Positions 1 through 14,135 of a stretch of DNA of 64,000 nucleotides are shown here, one piece after another. The notes under the pieces were generated by a model. That model ran no database searches, was not told the DNA's origin, and saw only the letters and a program-made list of their open reading frames with translations. The translations under genes were made by a program, and so were the position numbers. Where the stretch lies: assembly GCF_009914755.1 (NCBI RefSeq), contig NC_060926.1, one strand, 5' to 3'. Position 1 is the first letter of the stretch. Each line of letters begins with the position of its first letter. Origin of the DNA: the human T2T-CHM13v2.0 reference genome, Homo sapiens.

Positions 1-392
1 AAGTAAAATGACACCTCAATGAGTTTTAAATCAATTTTTCTGTCTATAATATTTGCCCTATTGAAAGTTCATCATGATAAAATAGATTATATTTTTTAGA
101 TAATATAGTTGTGTTCAATTCATCAGACATTAAATTGATGAAAACTGTTGTTCTGACATAATATATATTTCTGATTATAAATGAAAATAAAATTTAAAAC
201 AAGTTGTTCTAAATATTAAGTCCTAGTAAGTGAGAAAAATCCCATTTATTTCTCAGTGTGAATTATCATGAACTGGACTCAAGTATATGAAAATGTGCAA
301 TATGATTGAGTTAATATTGCCAATTAGTGGGGAAAGCATGATCGACTCAGTAATTTATAAGACAAATGGTTATCCAAAGAAAATATAACACT

Positions 393-2027
393 TCACATGA
401 TTTGAATTTGTGTCCCCACCCAAATCTCATGTCGAATTGTAATCCCCATTGTTGGAGGAAGGGCCTGTTGGGAGGTGATTAGATTATGTGAACCTATTTT
501 CCCCCTTTCTATTCTCATGATAGAGAGAGAGTTCTCCTGAAATCTGATTGTTAAAAAGTATGTAATACCTCCTGCATCACTCTCTCTTCCTCCTTCTCTG
601 GCTATGTCAGTTGTGCCTGCTTCCCCTTTGCCTTTCAACATAAAAGTTTCCAGAGGCCACCCAGCCATGATTCTTGTATAGCCTGCAAAACTGTGAGCCA
701 ATAACCCTTTTCTTTATAAATTACCCAGTCTCAGATAGTTCTTCATAGCAACGTGAGAACAGACTAATACAGAAAATCAGTACCAGAAGTTGAGAATTGC
801 TTCCTGGAATTGTGAAAGCGACTTGGAACTGGGTAATGCTCAGATGTCAGAAGATTTTGGAGGCCTCCAAAGAAGATGAAAGATAAGGCCTGGATGTTAG
901 ACATGAAATCAAAAGAGATTATTTTGGAGGTTTAAGATTTAATGACTGCCCTACTGGGCTTCACACTTGCATGGGGCCTGTAACCCCTTTGTTTTGGCTG
1001 ATTATTCTCTTTTGGAATGGGTATATTTACCCAATTTTTGTACCTTGATTGCATCTTGGAAATATCTAACTTGTTTTCTATTTTACAGACTCATAGGCAG
1101 AAGTGACTTGCCTTGTCTCAGATGAGACTTTGGACTTGGATTTTTGAGTTAATGCTGAAATGAGCTAAGACTTAGGGGACTGTTGAGAAGGGATTATGGT
1201 ATTTTTCAATGTGAGAAGAACATTAGATTTGGGAGGGGTCGGGGCAGAGTGATGTGGTTTAGATTTTTGTCCCCATGAAATCTCATGTCAAATTCTAATC
1301 CTCAATGTTGGACAAGGAGCCTGGTGGGAGGTGATTGAATCATGGGGGGTAATTACCACTTTGCTGTTATTATAATAGTGAGTGAGTTCTCATGAGATCT
1401 AGTTGTTTCAAAGTGTGGAGAACCTCCCCCTTTGCTCTCTCCTACTCCTTCTCTGGCCATGTAAGATGTTGTTGTTTCCACTTCACCTCCTGCCATGATT
1501 GTAAGTTTCCTGGACATGTCCGTAGACATGCTTCCTGTACAGTCTGTGGAACTGAGTCATTTAAAACTACTATTAAAATTATTTTCTTTATAAATTACCC
1601 ACTCTCAGTGTATTAGCTCATTTTTATACTGCTATAAAGAACTGCCCGAGACTGGCTAATTATAAAGGAAAGAGTTTTAATTGACTCACAGTTCAGCATT
1701 GCTGGGGAGGCCTCAAAAAACTTACAATCATATAAGAAGGTGAAGGGAAAGCAAGGCACCTTCCTCACTAGGTGGCAGGAAGGAGAAGTTCCAAGTGAAG
1801 AGGGAAGAGACCCTAATAAAACCATCAGATCTCATGAGAGCTCACTCACTATCATGAGACCAGCATGGGAGAACCACCCCCATAATTCAATTCCCTCCAT
1901 CTGGTCTCTCCCTTGACACATGGGGATTACGAGGAGTATAATTCAAGATGAGATTTGGGTAGGGTCACAAAGCCTAACCATATCACTCAAGTAGTTCTTC
2001 ATAGCAATGTAAGAATGAACTAACACA
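393..2027 (+). mobile_element. MSTA-type MaLR provirus: 5' LTR (393-771), internally deleted internal region (772-1249), 3' LTR (1250-1608 and 1986-2027)
   Basis: Both LTRs start with the MST motif (...tttgtgtccccacccaaatctcatgtcgaattgtaatcccc) and end (g/a)actaa(t/c)aca. The internal region starts gaaaatcagtaccag and ends at a purine tract (gggaggggtcggggcagag). Flanking 5-mers acact (388-392) and acatt (2028-2032) resemble a TSD. Confidence 0.85.
1609..1985 (-). mobile_element. THE1D-like solo LTR nested in the MSTA 3' LTR
   Basis: Reads tgtattag...aaagcctaaccatatca, the reverse complement of a THE1 LTR (TGATATGG...CTAATACA). TSD ctcag (1604-1608) / ctcaa (1986-1990). Confidence 0.88.
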
Positions 2028-2472
2028 ACATTGAAGCTTTGTTTCATGTTATAATAAAAAATACATTTCAAATACATTAAAAAGCAACATTTAAACTTTT
2101 AGAAACAAATATAAGAATACTTGTAACTTTGGGGAAGGGAAAATTTTCTTAAATAAGAAACATAAAGAAAAAATATTTTAAAAATTGAGAAAAATTAATA
2201 CATTAAAATTTACCAAGCTTTACATCAAAACTATGTGAAAATAAAAGCTACAAGTGTGATTAAAGCCTCAATCAAAGGAAAAAATGCATCTACCATAATC
2301 AACCTCAGAAATAAAAATTTATGAATAACTTGACAATGAATTTAAAATAAGTGTGCTAAAAATTATTGAGTTACAAGGCAATACATATAGACAATTAACT
2401 AAAATCAGAAAAACAGTGCATGAACAAAATAAGAATATCAACAAAAGAGATAGCAACTATAAAAAAATACTA

Positions 2473-2811
<339 letters not shown>

Positions 2812-3144
2812 CTAAACTGAAAAAATTACTACATGATTTCAACAGCTGACTTGATCAAGCAGAAGAAAGAATCAGCAAATGTAAAGACATTTGGAATTCT
2901 ACAGTTACAGGAGAAAAAAAGTAGAACATATTAAAAATAAAAAACTGAGCAATTTATGAGAGAATATTAAACAACAAATATATGCATTATGGGATCCTAG
3001 AAGGAGAAGAGAGAAAGAGATAGAAAACTTTTTTAAAGAAATGAAGAGAGAAAATTTTCCAAACTCAGTGAGAGATATGAACATCCAGGTAAATGAAGCT
3101 CAGAGATTCCCAAAAGGTTCAACACAAAGAGGACTTCGCCAAAA

Positions 3145-3320
3145 AATATTATACTATGTTTGTATATTATACACATATATAATTATGTACATACATATTA
3201 TAATTTATATACATGTAATTGTGTACTGTACATATGTATACGTACATACAAACATAATGTATACATATGTTTGTATGTACGTATACATATGTACAAACAT
3301 AATTATCTGTATGCATATAA
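3145..3320. repeat. AT-rich alternating low-complexity insert containing a 30-bp perfect inverted repeat
   Basis: 3227-3256 is the exact reverse complement of 3266-3295. Confidence 0.9.
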
Positions 3321-5775
3321 TGGAGAATTTGAAAGTGCCAAGAGAAAAGCAAGAGAATTTTGAAAGTGGCAAGAGAAAAGCAAGCTTACACACAAAGGTA
3401 GCTTCATAAAATAATTAGCAGATTTCTAAGCAGAAATCTAGCAGGCCAGGAGTGAGTATTACATTAAAAGTGCTGAAAGATTAAAAACTAAAACAAAAAA
3501 ACCCCTGTCAACCGAGAACAATTTACCCAGCAGAGCTTTTGCTCAGAAATGAAGGAAGTAAATACATTACCAGACAAGCAAAACTTGAAGGAGTTCATCA
3601 CGACTAGATGTGCCTCACAAAAAAATCTAAAGGCAGTTCTTCAACTTGAAACAAAAGGAAAATAAACAGCACCATGAAAACATATGAAAGTATAAAACTC
3701 ACTGGTAAAGGTAAATATATTAACAAATAAAAATACTATAATACTCTCATGGTGGTATATAAATCAGTTTTGATTCCCATCCAAAAGTTAAAAGACAGAA
3801 GTAATACAAAATAGCCATAATTATAAAAAAGGTATAACTGATTTTTAAAGTGATAAATTTAAACACATATTGGATGATTATAGCATATAGATAAGTGAAA
3901 TGAATTATACAAATGTCATCAGGACATAAGAAAATATTGGAACTACTCAGTTACACGGTATCTGCATATCACATAAAGTGGTATAGCATTATTTAAAGAT
4001 GGGCTTAGATTAGTAGAAAATGTATATGTGAACTCTAAGGCAATAACTGAAAACATTTTTGAAAAGAATAATTGTTATGCTGAGAAAGAAGAAAAAATGG
4101 AATCATAAATGCTCTACTAAAATCATAGAAGTCAAAAAAGAGGAAACAAGATAAAAAGTATAAGAAAGAGAAAACAGTTATAAAATTACAGTTATTAATT
4201 TAAATATATCAATAATCTCTATAAATGTAAATTGTATAAACTCACCAATTAAAAGACAGAATAATCAAAGATGGAAACAGGAGCCAACAATAGTTGTCTT
4301 CAAGAAACCTATTTTTAATATAAAAACTCATCATAAAAGTAAAAAGTGGAGAAAGGTATACCATGCTAAAATGAATCAAAAGTAAGCTGGAGTACTTACA
4401 TTAATTACACATAAATCAGAATTCAGAATGAGAAATGATGAGGAATAAAAAAGAGTTTAAAAATGTTGAGAGATATATTCTCCAAGAAGACCTTACATTT
4501 CTTAATGTGTATAAACCTAACAACAGAGTCAAACGACATGAGGTAAAAACTAATACAACTACAAGAAAAATATAGACAAATCCAGTCTTTCAGTTTAACA
4601 TTTCAAAATGCTTCTTTCAGTAGTTGACCTGTTAAATAAGAATATAGTTAAACTAAATAGCACTATCAATCAACTTGATGTAATTGATGTTTATAAAATA
4701 CTTCATTCGACAGAACGCACATTTTTCTTAAGCTTGCATAATGCAGTCACCAGAATATACCAAATTCTAGATCATGAAGCACACTTTAACATATCTAAAA
4801 GCACTGGGGTCATACAAAGTATGTTCTCAGAATAAATATCTTCTCCAAATTAAACTAGAAATCAAAACAGAGAGGTAGCTGGGAAATTCCAAAATATTGG
4901 AGATTAGACAGCATATTTATAAATAACACACCAAAGTTTAAATTTTTTGAAAAAAAGAAAATAAAAATAAAACATCAAAATTTGTGCGATGCACAAAAGT
5001 ACCCAGTGTATTTATGTTTTTAAATGTAAATATTAGAAAAGAAGAAAAATGTAAAATTATCAAAGTACCCTTCTACCTTAGGTAACTAGGATAAAAAAAA
5101 ATTTAAGCCTAAAGTAAACGAAAGAAAAGAAATAAAATTAGAGCATAAATCAACAGTGAACTTGGTGAAATTGTGACATTGATAAAATGAGAAGAACAAG
5201 AAAATAAATACAACTCAAAAGCCTACTCTCTGAAAAAAAATTAATGAAATTGGTTGTTCTATAACTTGGCTAATCAAGAAAAGAAAATGGAAGACACTAA
5301 TTACCAATATCACAAATGAAAGAGGTGTCATTACTACTGAACATATGGTGTCAAATTATAATAAAAAATACTTTGAACAACTAAACATCAGCAAATTGTA
5401 TAAGTTAGAAGAAATGGAGTAATTCCTTGACAGATACCAAGTGTCAACATTTATACAAGGAGAAATAGATAATCTGAATAGACCTATATCTCTATTAAAG
5501 CAATTGAACTAATAAGTAATAATTTTCCCCTGATGAAAGCACTCAGCCCAGATGGTTTTCCTGGTGAATTCTACCAAATACTTTAAAAAGAATGATACCA
5601 ATTGTTCACAATGTGTTTCAAAAAACGAAAGCAGATGGAGCACTTTCTAACTCATTTTATGAATCCAACTTTCCCTAATACCAAAACTAAATAAAGATAG
5701 TATAAGAAGGGAAAACAGTTCAGAAATACATCTTACAAAAATACTAGGGGGTCCTGGAACCAATCCCTCTAGAAT

Positions 5776-7045
5776 ATTTCTTCAGTGTGTGTCATTTCTT
5801 TCTAAAGGAAAGGGTGGGGCAACTTTACAGGTGAGAAGCCTGACAAACACCACCTCAATCAAGTGATCAAACTCAAATATCATTGATGAAAAGTAGTGTT
5901 AGTGGTACGTACCCTTGATATGATGTGATAACGATGACACTTTACCTCCATGGTCTTCTGTACAAAAAAAAAAAATCACAATCTAATCATTAAAAATATA
6001 TTTACATAAGTTCAGCCATTGTGGAAGACAGTGTGGCGATTCCTCAAGGATCTAGAAATAGAAATACCATTTGACCCAGCCATCCCATTACTGGGTATAT
6101 ACCCAAAGGATTATAAATCATGGTGCTATAAAGACACATGCACACGTATGTTTCTTGCGGCACTATTCACAATAGCAAAGACTTGGAACCAACCCAAATG
6201 ACCAACAATGATAGACTGGATTAAGAAAATGTGGCACATATACACCATGGAATACTATGCAGCCATAAAAAAGGATGAGTTCATGTCTTTTGTAGAGACA
6301 TGGATGAAGCTGGAAACCATTATTCTGAGCAATCTATCGCAAGGACAGAAAACCAAACACCGCATGTTCTCACTCATAGGTGGGAATTGAACAATGAGAA
6401 TACTTGGACACAGGGTGGGGAACATCACACACTGGGGCCTGTCGTAGGGTAGGGGGAGGGGGGAGGGATAGCATTAGGAGATATACCTAATGTAAACGAC
6501 GAGATAATGGGTGCAGCACACCAACATGGCACATATATACATATGTAACAAACCTGCACGTTGTGCACATGTACCCTAGAACTTAAAGTATAATTTTAAA
6601 AAAATAAGAAGAAAAAATAAATAAATAAATAAATAAATAAATAAATATATTTACATATTAGACAAATCCCAAGCGAGGGACATTCTTCAAAATGCCTATC
6701 TAACCCTCCTCGAAACTGTTAGGGTCATCAAAAACAAGAAAATTCTGAGAAACTGACAGAAAAGAGGTGCCTAAGGAGACATGATGGTTAAATGTAATAT
6801 GGTATCCTGTATAGGATAGTGAGACAGAAAAAGGATATTAGGCAAAAATTAAGGGAAACCAATTAAGAATGGATTTTGGTTAATAAATATGTGTCAGTTT
6901 TGGTTCATTAAATATAACAAGTGTAGCATGATTGATGTGGAGTATAGGGGAAATGTTACAGGGTATATGGAAACTCTGCATTTTTATTGCAATTCTTCTG
7001 TGAATCTAAAACTGGTCTAAAACAAAATGTATTTAAAAATAATTT
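5776..7045 (+). mobile_element. L1MC/L1MD-type 3' UTR, split by an L1PA insertion
   Basis: Characteristic gagaagcctgacaaacaccacctcaatcaagtgatca, gggtcatcaaaaacaagaaaattctgagaaactg and terminal gcaattcttctgtgaatctaaaact... Confidence 0.75.
6009..6642 (+). mobile_element. 5'-truncated L1PA (about L1PA4-5) 3' end
   Basis: ORF2 C-terminus (WKTVWRFLKDLE...MFSLIGGN), G-rich 3' UTR and (TAAA)n tail. 15-bp TSD aaatatatttacata at 5994-6008 and 6643-6657. Confidence 0.95.
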
Positions 7046-7522
7046 TTAAAAAGGGGAACTGCTGAATATAATGAATTAAGATAGGAAATTTATACAAAGT
7101 TACCCTAGTAGATGATTAAAGTACCCTCTTCACCTACGTGATATTTTAATAAAAGCATTTTTCCCATGGAATATTCATAATAGCAGTCAGCATCTTTCCT
7201 GAGAACTTTAACAGATGTGTCTTACTGAGAAGCATTGGAGGCTTTCTGTAGCTTACAGAAATTCTCGTGTGTATTGATGGCAAGGGGAATTAAAATGAAC
7301 CAAGCGTAGAGTAACAGACGTGTCAGGGAGGATTTGACCAGACTCCAACTTCTGGAAGACATTCCAAACATTCAACTGATGGCTTGTTGTCCACTGTACA
7401 AGGTTGCTTCACAATATCTTTTCTTCTGAAAAGTTACAGGACAGTAATGGGCAAAGGCAATCTGTCCTGCTACTAAATAGGAGTTATCAATTTATTGCAT
7501 TAACGTGCTTGTTTCTTAGAAA

Positions 7523-7995
<473 letters not shown>

Positions 7996-8129
7996 TTAAA
8001 ATCACTGATTTCTGCACCACACAGAAGCAGGTAATGTGTGTAAATGGTTATCATCTACTTAGACCAAGAATGCCAAGAAAATGCAGAATTAGATTTAAAA
8101 GGTACAGAAATACGTTTTAATTCAAGATA

Positions 8130-8335
8130 TTTATTGCATATTTTAAAATAACTAAGAATAAAATCGGAATGTTCCTAACACAAGCAAATGCTAAATGCTT
8201 CAAATGCTGGATACACCAATTACCCTGTGATGATTACATTACCCATTGTACGACTATCAAAACATTACATATACCACATAAATACATATAGCTATTATGT
8301 GCCTATAATAATTAAAACTTAAAAATAAATGAATG
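8130..8335 (+). mobile_element. L1MA-type 3' end fragment
   Basis: ggaatgttcctaacacaag...ggatacaccaattaccctg...tattatgtgcctataataattaaa followed by an A-rich tail. Confidence 0.75.
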
Positions 8336-8500
8336 AATAAACAAATCAATAAAAAGGAAACAAAGAATAGCTGTTTCACTTTTCATCTCCAGTGTAAGCC
8401 TGGGCCTGGAATGGTAGAGAAAACAGAAAGCCTCTGCGCTCCGCTTATAGAAAAATTATGTAACTTGATTACAAAGATTAGTTATAAAATTCTGGAATTT

Positions 8501-8803
8501 GGCCGAGGGCGGTGGCTTATTTTGTAATTCCAGCACTTTGGGAGGCTGAGGTGGGTGGATCACCTAAGGTCAGGAGTTCAGGACCAGCCTGGCCAACACA
8601 GTGAAACCTCATCTCTACTAAAAATACAAAAATTAGCTGAGCATGGTGGCAGGTGCCTTTAATCCCAGCTACTCAGGAGGCTGAAGCAGGAGAATCACTT
8701 GAACCCAGGAGGTGGAGGTTGCAGTGAGCCGAGATCGCCCATTGCACTCCAGCCTGAGCAAAACTTCGTCTGAAAAATAAAAAATATACAAAAGTAAAAT
8801 AAA
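8501..8803 (+). mobile_element. AluS (Sq/Sx-like)
   Basis: Alu dimer. TSD ataaaattctggaattt (8484-8500) / ataaaattctgaaaatt (8804-8820). Confidence 0.93.
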
Positions 8804-10104
8804 ATAAAATTCTGAAAATTCCCAAGTAACACAAGATTTTACAAATATATTCTTAAATTGAAGTTTTGATATTAATGTGAATAATTCCCATTTGTATAGC
8901 GTTCCCCTTTCACTCTCACATTCACAGGACTTTCATGTATTATCACATGTGATCCTCAACTCTGGGCCAAGGAAATGTGACTACTTTTGGCATGATCTAC
9001 CTAGATCATAGATCTTAGGCAAAGTCTATCTCTCTTCTTTATGCACCTAATAGTGATGCAATATTTCTCATTTTTTTCTGATTTTGCCCAATTCATATGA
9101 CCCCCAAAATAAAATATTTATTCTTTATAGCTTCCAACTGATAAAATTGCACATAAATTGCTTTGGATCTTGACTTTTGGAAACTAATTTGTCTGCATGA
9201 TTGCAATAGGTTTACGTATTTATTTGATATTAGCATATTTATCAATGTTGTAGCTGATAATTAATCTACTTTTTATTATTTCAGTGTTTTCAATGAACCA
9301 TATAATTTTTCTTCAGTTAAAATAACTGATAACCTTTCCCTTGGCCTTTTATAATTTTTATGTAAATCTCTTCTTCCTTCATAATAAAGGAAACAATAAT
9401 ACTATTACTTCTGTAATTTACCATGAATTATTTAACTGAAGAATTACCATCAGAAGCACAGTAGAAAACATGGTGCGTACACTTCACAAAGAGGTGGGTC
9501 AAGCCACCATCACACACACTTAGTCATTAATTTTAATAAGCTGAGGGGGTGAAGAGGGCAGCATGAGAAGGATATGTCTACATTTTCCAACAATCATGGG
9601 AGGCATGAGGGATTTTTTACTCATACCCCCTCATCCATCTCAGAGGCTCAATCAATATCAGGAGATCCTTCATCATCATTAATTGATTCAAAGAAAAGTC
9701 TCTGCTTCTAGTTTATATAACAAAACAGCCAGAGCCTGCATTGCAGAAAGGGTCTTAGCAATGTTATAAATTTTGGGGTTAGAGAAATTGAGAAGTTTAA
9801 CTAAAAGAATTGGTCTCAGAAGACCCACTCCTACTTAAAAGCATTACCCTGAGGATTACTGCCCTTGTTGGTTGATGTTTAATGTGTCATTTTAGAATCA
9901 ATGGATGAAATTTGGGCTGGAAGGCACACAGGGCTGCATGTAGGGGAGGGGCAGTGAGGCACAGAGGAGGAATTGCTGGGAGTCAGCACATGTAGCTCGA
10001 CATTGCATGGCCAGCTCTGTCATTAGGAAGCATCCGCAGGGGTCACAAGTGTGTCACGTGGCGAGATGTCTTAGTTTTATCTGTAGAAGTTGGGGTAATG
10101 ATAC

Positions 10105-10564
10105 CATATCAGTCAGGATTCTCTAGAGAAACAGAACCAACAAGAGATTTTATATGTAAATGAGATCTATCATAGGGATTGGCTCACATGGAGGCGGAGA
10201 AGTCCCATAATCTGCTGTCTGCAAGCTTGCTGGAGAGCCAGGAAGTGGATGGTGAATTTAGTTTGAGTCTGAAGGCCTGAGTATAAGGGGTACAGATATT
10301 CCAGTCCAGGAGTAGATGAATGGCTCAGCTTATGCAAAGGGAGCAAAGTCACTCTTTCTCTGCCTTTCTGTTCTACTCAGATCCTCAATGGATTAGATGA
10401 TGCCCACACACATTGGAGAGGGCCACCTGCTTGACTCAGTTCACTAATTACAATACTAATCTCTGCTGGAGGCACCTTCACAGACACACCCAGAAATACT
10501 GTTTTACCTGCTACATGGGCACCCCTTAGCCCAGACAAGTTAACACATCAAATTCACCATCACA
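10105..10564 (-). mobile_element. MLT2B-type (ERVL) solo LTR inserted in a MIR
   Basis: tcagtcaggattctctagagaaacagaacc...cacagacacacccagaaata...caagttaacacatcaaattcaccatcaca matches the MLT2 reverse strand. MIR-like sequence lies on both sides. Confidence 0.85.
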
Positions 10565-11454
10565 AATGCGCATTCTACTTAGGCTATGGAATTGTTGAGA
10601 TGATAGAATAAGCAGTAAATAAATAAGTGCTTTTCAACGTGCAAAGTGTTGTGCACTATAAAGCCTGAGCTCATTTAGAGAGGTGTGGAGGATGAAGAAC
10701 AAGCATCTAAGTCAGGAATTCAGTAAGACCACACGTTCCAGGCCTGGCCCCGGTAAAGACTGACTGTGTGATCTTAGCAAGCCAATTATCTGGAAAGAGA
10801 GATAGGAAATGAGGTTGGACCAATAAAGGCACTTTGATTTCACCCATTAACTAGTTTTACCAACATTGCAAAGTCACGATGGTAAATGTTGGGAATGAAA
10901 TCTTCAAAACATAGCTTTTAACTATTCTGTGTAAATTGAAGGTGTATCTTTTTACATAAAGTTCTATGTACAAATTGTATTCATTTAATTTTATAGAATT
11001 TTGAAAAGCACTTTAATTTCACAGACATTTACTACAGAATACTTACTGTTGGCTAGTAAAGATGACATTAACACCATTGGAGATTTTCTTTGTATTACCT
11101 TGAAATAAAATTATTTGCAAAGGTATAACAGACTAAAAGCATAACTATAAATCTTCATTATCAAGTTTATGAAAGAGTATTGAGAGAAACTGTAAAATTT
11201 AAGATCAAATGAGATTTTTAAAGCATACACAATTATTGCCTGAACATGTATAGCTGGAATAATTATCCTTCTGAAAATTCAGAAAGACACATTAATAAAT
11301 TTAAAAATAAACCATATTAAAGTATACCTGTGTGTGCATTAGTTCTGTGTTTCTTCCTTGAGCTTCTTTTGTGGATGAGTTAAGTTTATTGAAATTTTAA
11401 TATTTTACTTGGCCATAAATCCTCATATATTTTCTGTGTTTTTTTATACTTAGG

Positions 11455-12005
11455 TATGTCTAGTGAATCAACATGGTCTAGCTGCTATGGCCAGTAATCC
11501 CCAAATTTCACAAGCTCAACAAAAAGAAGTTTTATTTATATCTCACTTTATATATAGTCCAATGTGGGTTGGGGACAGTGGCTGCTCCATAGTCATCCAG
11601 GGACATAGGATTGCTTCCACATCCCCTGGGAGTCAGGCTTCCCCTCAGGATCCACCACACTTGGACTGCAGTTGGGTAAAGAGAAAGAGTGGGAGGAAGT
11701 ACGGGAAGGTTTACCGCCCAGCCTGAAAATGATTGTCTATCTAGAGTGATCGTATAATTTGTCATCCAAACTGGGACACTTCTGAGAGCTAAAAGCACAG
11801 TGCTCATAATAATGCCGGGAACACAGGCATGAATAAGGACTGCTTTGGACATACTGAAATGCATGTAAAACAATTCTATCTATGTCCTGTCATCATAATG
11901 CAGTCTTGTGGCCTCTGAGCTGCAAGAGATAATGGAAAATGTAATCCAACTATGAGACTAGGAGGAAAACAATATGAGATTTGGCCAATACTGCAATGTC
12001 TCTGA
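11455..12005 (-). mobile_element. MLT1J/K-type MaLR LTR interrupted by MER94
   Basis: ctagctgctatggccagtaatccccaaatttcacaagctcaac...tttatttatatctcac, typical of an old MLT1 reverse strand. Confidence 0.6.
11741..11878. mobile_element. MER94 (hAT-Blackjack MITE)
   Basis: tagagtgatcgtataatttgtcatccaaactgggacacttctgagag matches the recalled MER94 start. Confidence 0.75.
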
Positions 12006-12099
12006 CTCGTGTATCTTGGTGTATCAGTCTGCTAGTATTTTAGCACATTCTGAGGCCACAGGATTAGAAAGAAGCCAAGCCCCATGCAGGAAGAAAATA

Positions 12100-12330
12100 A
12101 AGTAACATTTGTTGGGTGTCTACAAGGTGGGATAAACAATTTTGCAGAGTCATTTAATTCTCAGAAGAAATTTTGGGGTTGTTCTTATCATCATCATCAT
12201 CATCAATAATTCATTTTTAAGGATGAAAATATTAAAGCTACAAAAGATCATGTATCTTTCAGTGACAGCCCGTAAATGCAGGAGCAGAGATTCAAAGCCA
12301 GATTCAGCTACATGCAACTCCTGCCCTTTC
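12100..12330 (-). mobile_element. MIR
   Basis: catttaattctcag...cattttttaaggatgaaaatattaaagct-like core and gcagagattcaaagccagattc. Confidence 0.65.
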
Positions 12331-13543
12331 CATTGTCCTAATATTGTTCAAAGAAATACACAGAAGTACAAAATGGCCTTCGCTCTCCAGGCACTTACAA
12401 TGTATTTAATAAATGAATAAATACTTTTAGGCCATTGCTTATTAATTCTTGTACTGTTGCTGATGAAGGAGTAGATACGGAGGATCACCAGTAAATTATT
12501 ACTTTAAGAATCATGGTTACTGTCTTCATAGAGTTTATAGACTGGAGGAGAGTCATTAATCAAATAATCACATGGATAATGTAAAATTTCAACTGTAAGA
12601 GCGCACGAAGGAGACGAAAGCATATTCTATGCGAGTTGACAAGATGTGGCTTATTCTGTACAGACTTGTAATTTTTCATTTCCTCCCAGTTTTTGTGTTT
12701 CTGTCACATAAACAAAATGTATTTTCAGAGCCTGGAGGCAAAGGAGGGATCTTGAATCATAGACAATAGTCAGTTGGCCTGAGATTGCTGTGTATTTTTC
12801 AGGAACAACTGACTCTGACACCTGAGAAGAGCAAACACAGATTTTTACTTCCTTCCATGCTCTTGGCAGTGCAGGTTCCTATTCTGGGCCTTTGGGGTCA
12901 CACTGCAGGTCTAGTTACTATTTTCCAGAAATGCATTCCTAGCTAAGTATCTACTAAGCCTAACAGGGAGAAGAAAACATGTAAGCCAACCAGCCAAACA
13001 AAAACACAAAATAAAAACACCTTCTCCATAGGACTATGTGATCTGCAAACAAATAAAGGCCTGAAATTGTAAGATGTAAGTCAATTTTTCATTATCAGTA
13101 TTAGGGTGGAGGAAAGCTACCTAGATAAACTATGTTTTGGCCTGCTAGATGTTTCATGCAGGGAATAGAGAAATCACAAGAATATAATTCAGAATATCTA
13201 TTTCTGGATTACATTTTCCTAAGAAAATTATCTAGCCTCTCTGGTCCTCAGTTTTCTGATTTGTGGGAAAAAAAAATAATGACTATGAATAGTCTTTATT
13301 TACCATGAGGCCATTTCCACAGGTAACTCATTTAATCATCCCCCAAAATCCATATCCAACCACTGTTATGTAGATAAACAAACTGAGGTACAGAGAGGCT
13401 GGGTAATTTTCCTAGAGTTGTAAATTAGAATATGATAATGATAGGCTACAAATTCAATTATATATAAGGTCTATATAGCTATAAAACCGTATGTTTCTAA
13501 TTTTTCTCAAAAAATAAAACTAACAGTTAAAAAAGTTTACGGT

Positions 13544-13871
<328 letters not shown>

Positions 13872-14009
13872 CTATATAAATATATGTAAATAACATTTAC
13901 TTTCACAGATTTTTAGAAAGTTTGTGGAAACATGAAGTATGTTTCTTACTCATATACACAGCTTCAAATATATTTTCTCACGTATCAAAAATAAGAAATC
14001 CAGCTCAGT

Positions 14010-14135
14010 TGCCAAGGTTCATGGCTGTAATCCCTGTGCTTTTGGAGGTTGAGGCAAGAGGATCGCTGGAAGCAAGGAGTTTGAGACCAGCTTGGGTAAC
14101 ATCGTGAGACCTTGTCTCTACAAACAAAAAGAAAA
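14010..14135 (+). mobile_element. FLAM/AluJ left monomer
   Basis: ctgtaatccc...gaggcaagaggatcgctggaagcaaggagtttgagaccagcttgggtaac...tctctacaaa. Confidence 0.8.

Noticed and set aside
6447-6467. G-quadruplex motif
   Set aside because: Standard feature of the L1PA 3' UTR; not novel.
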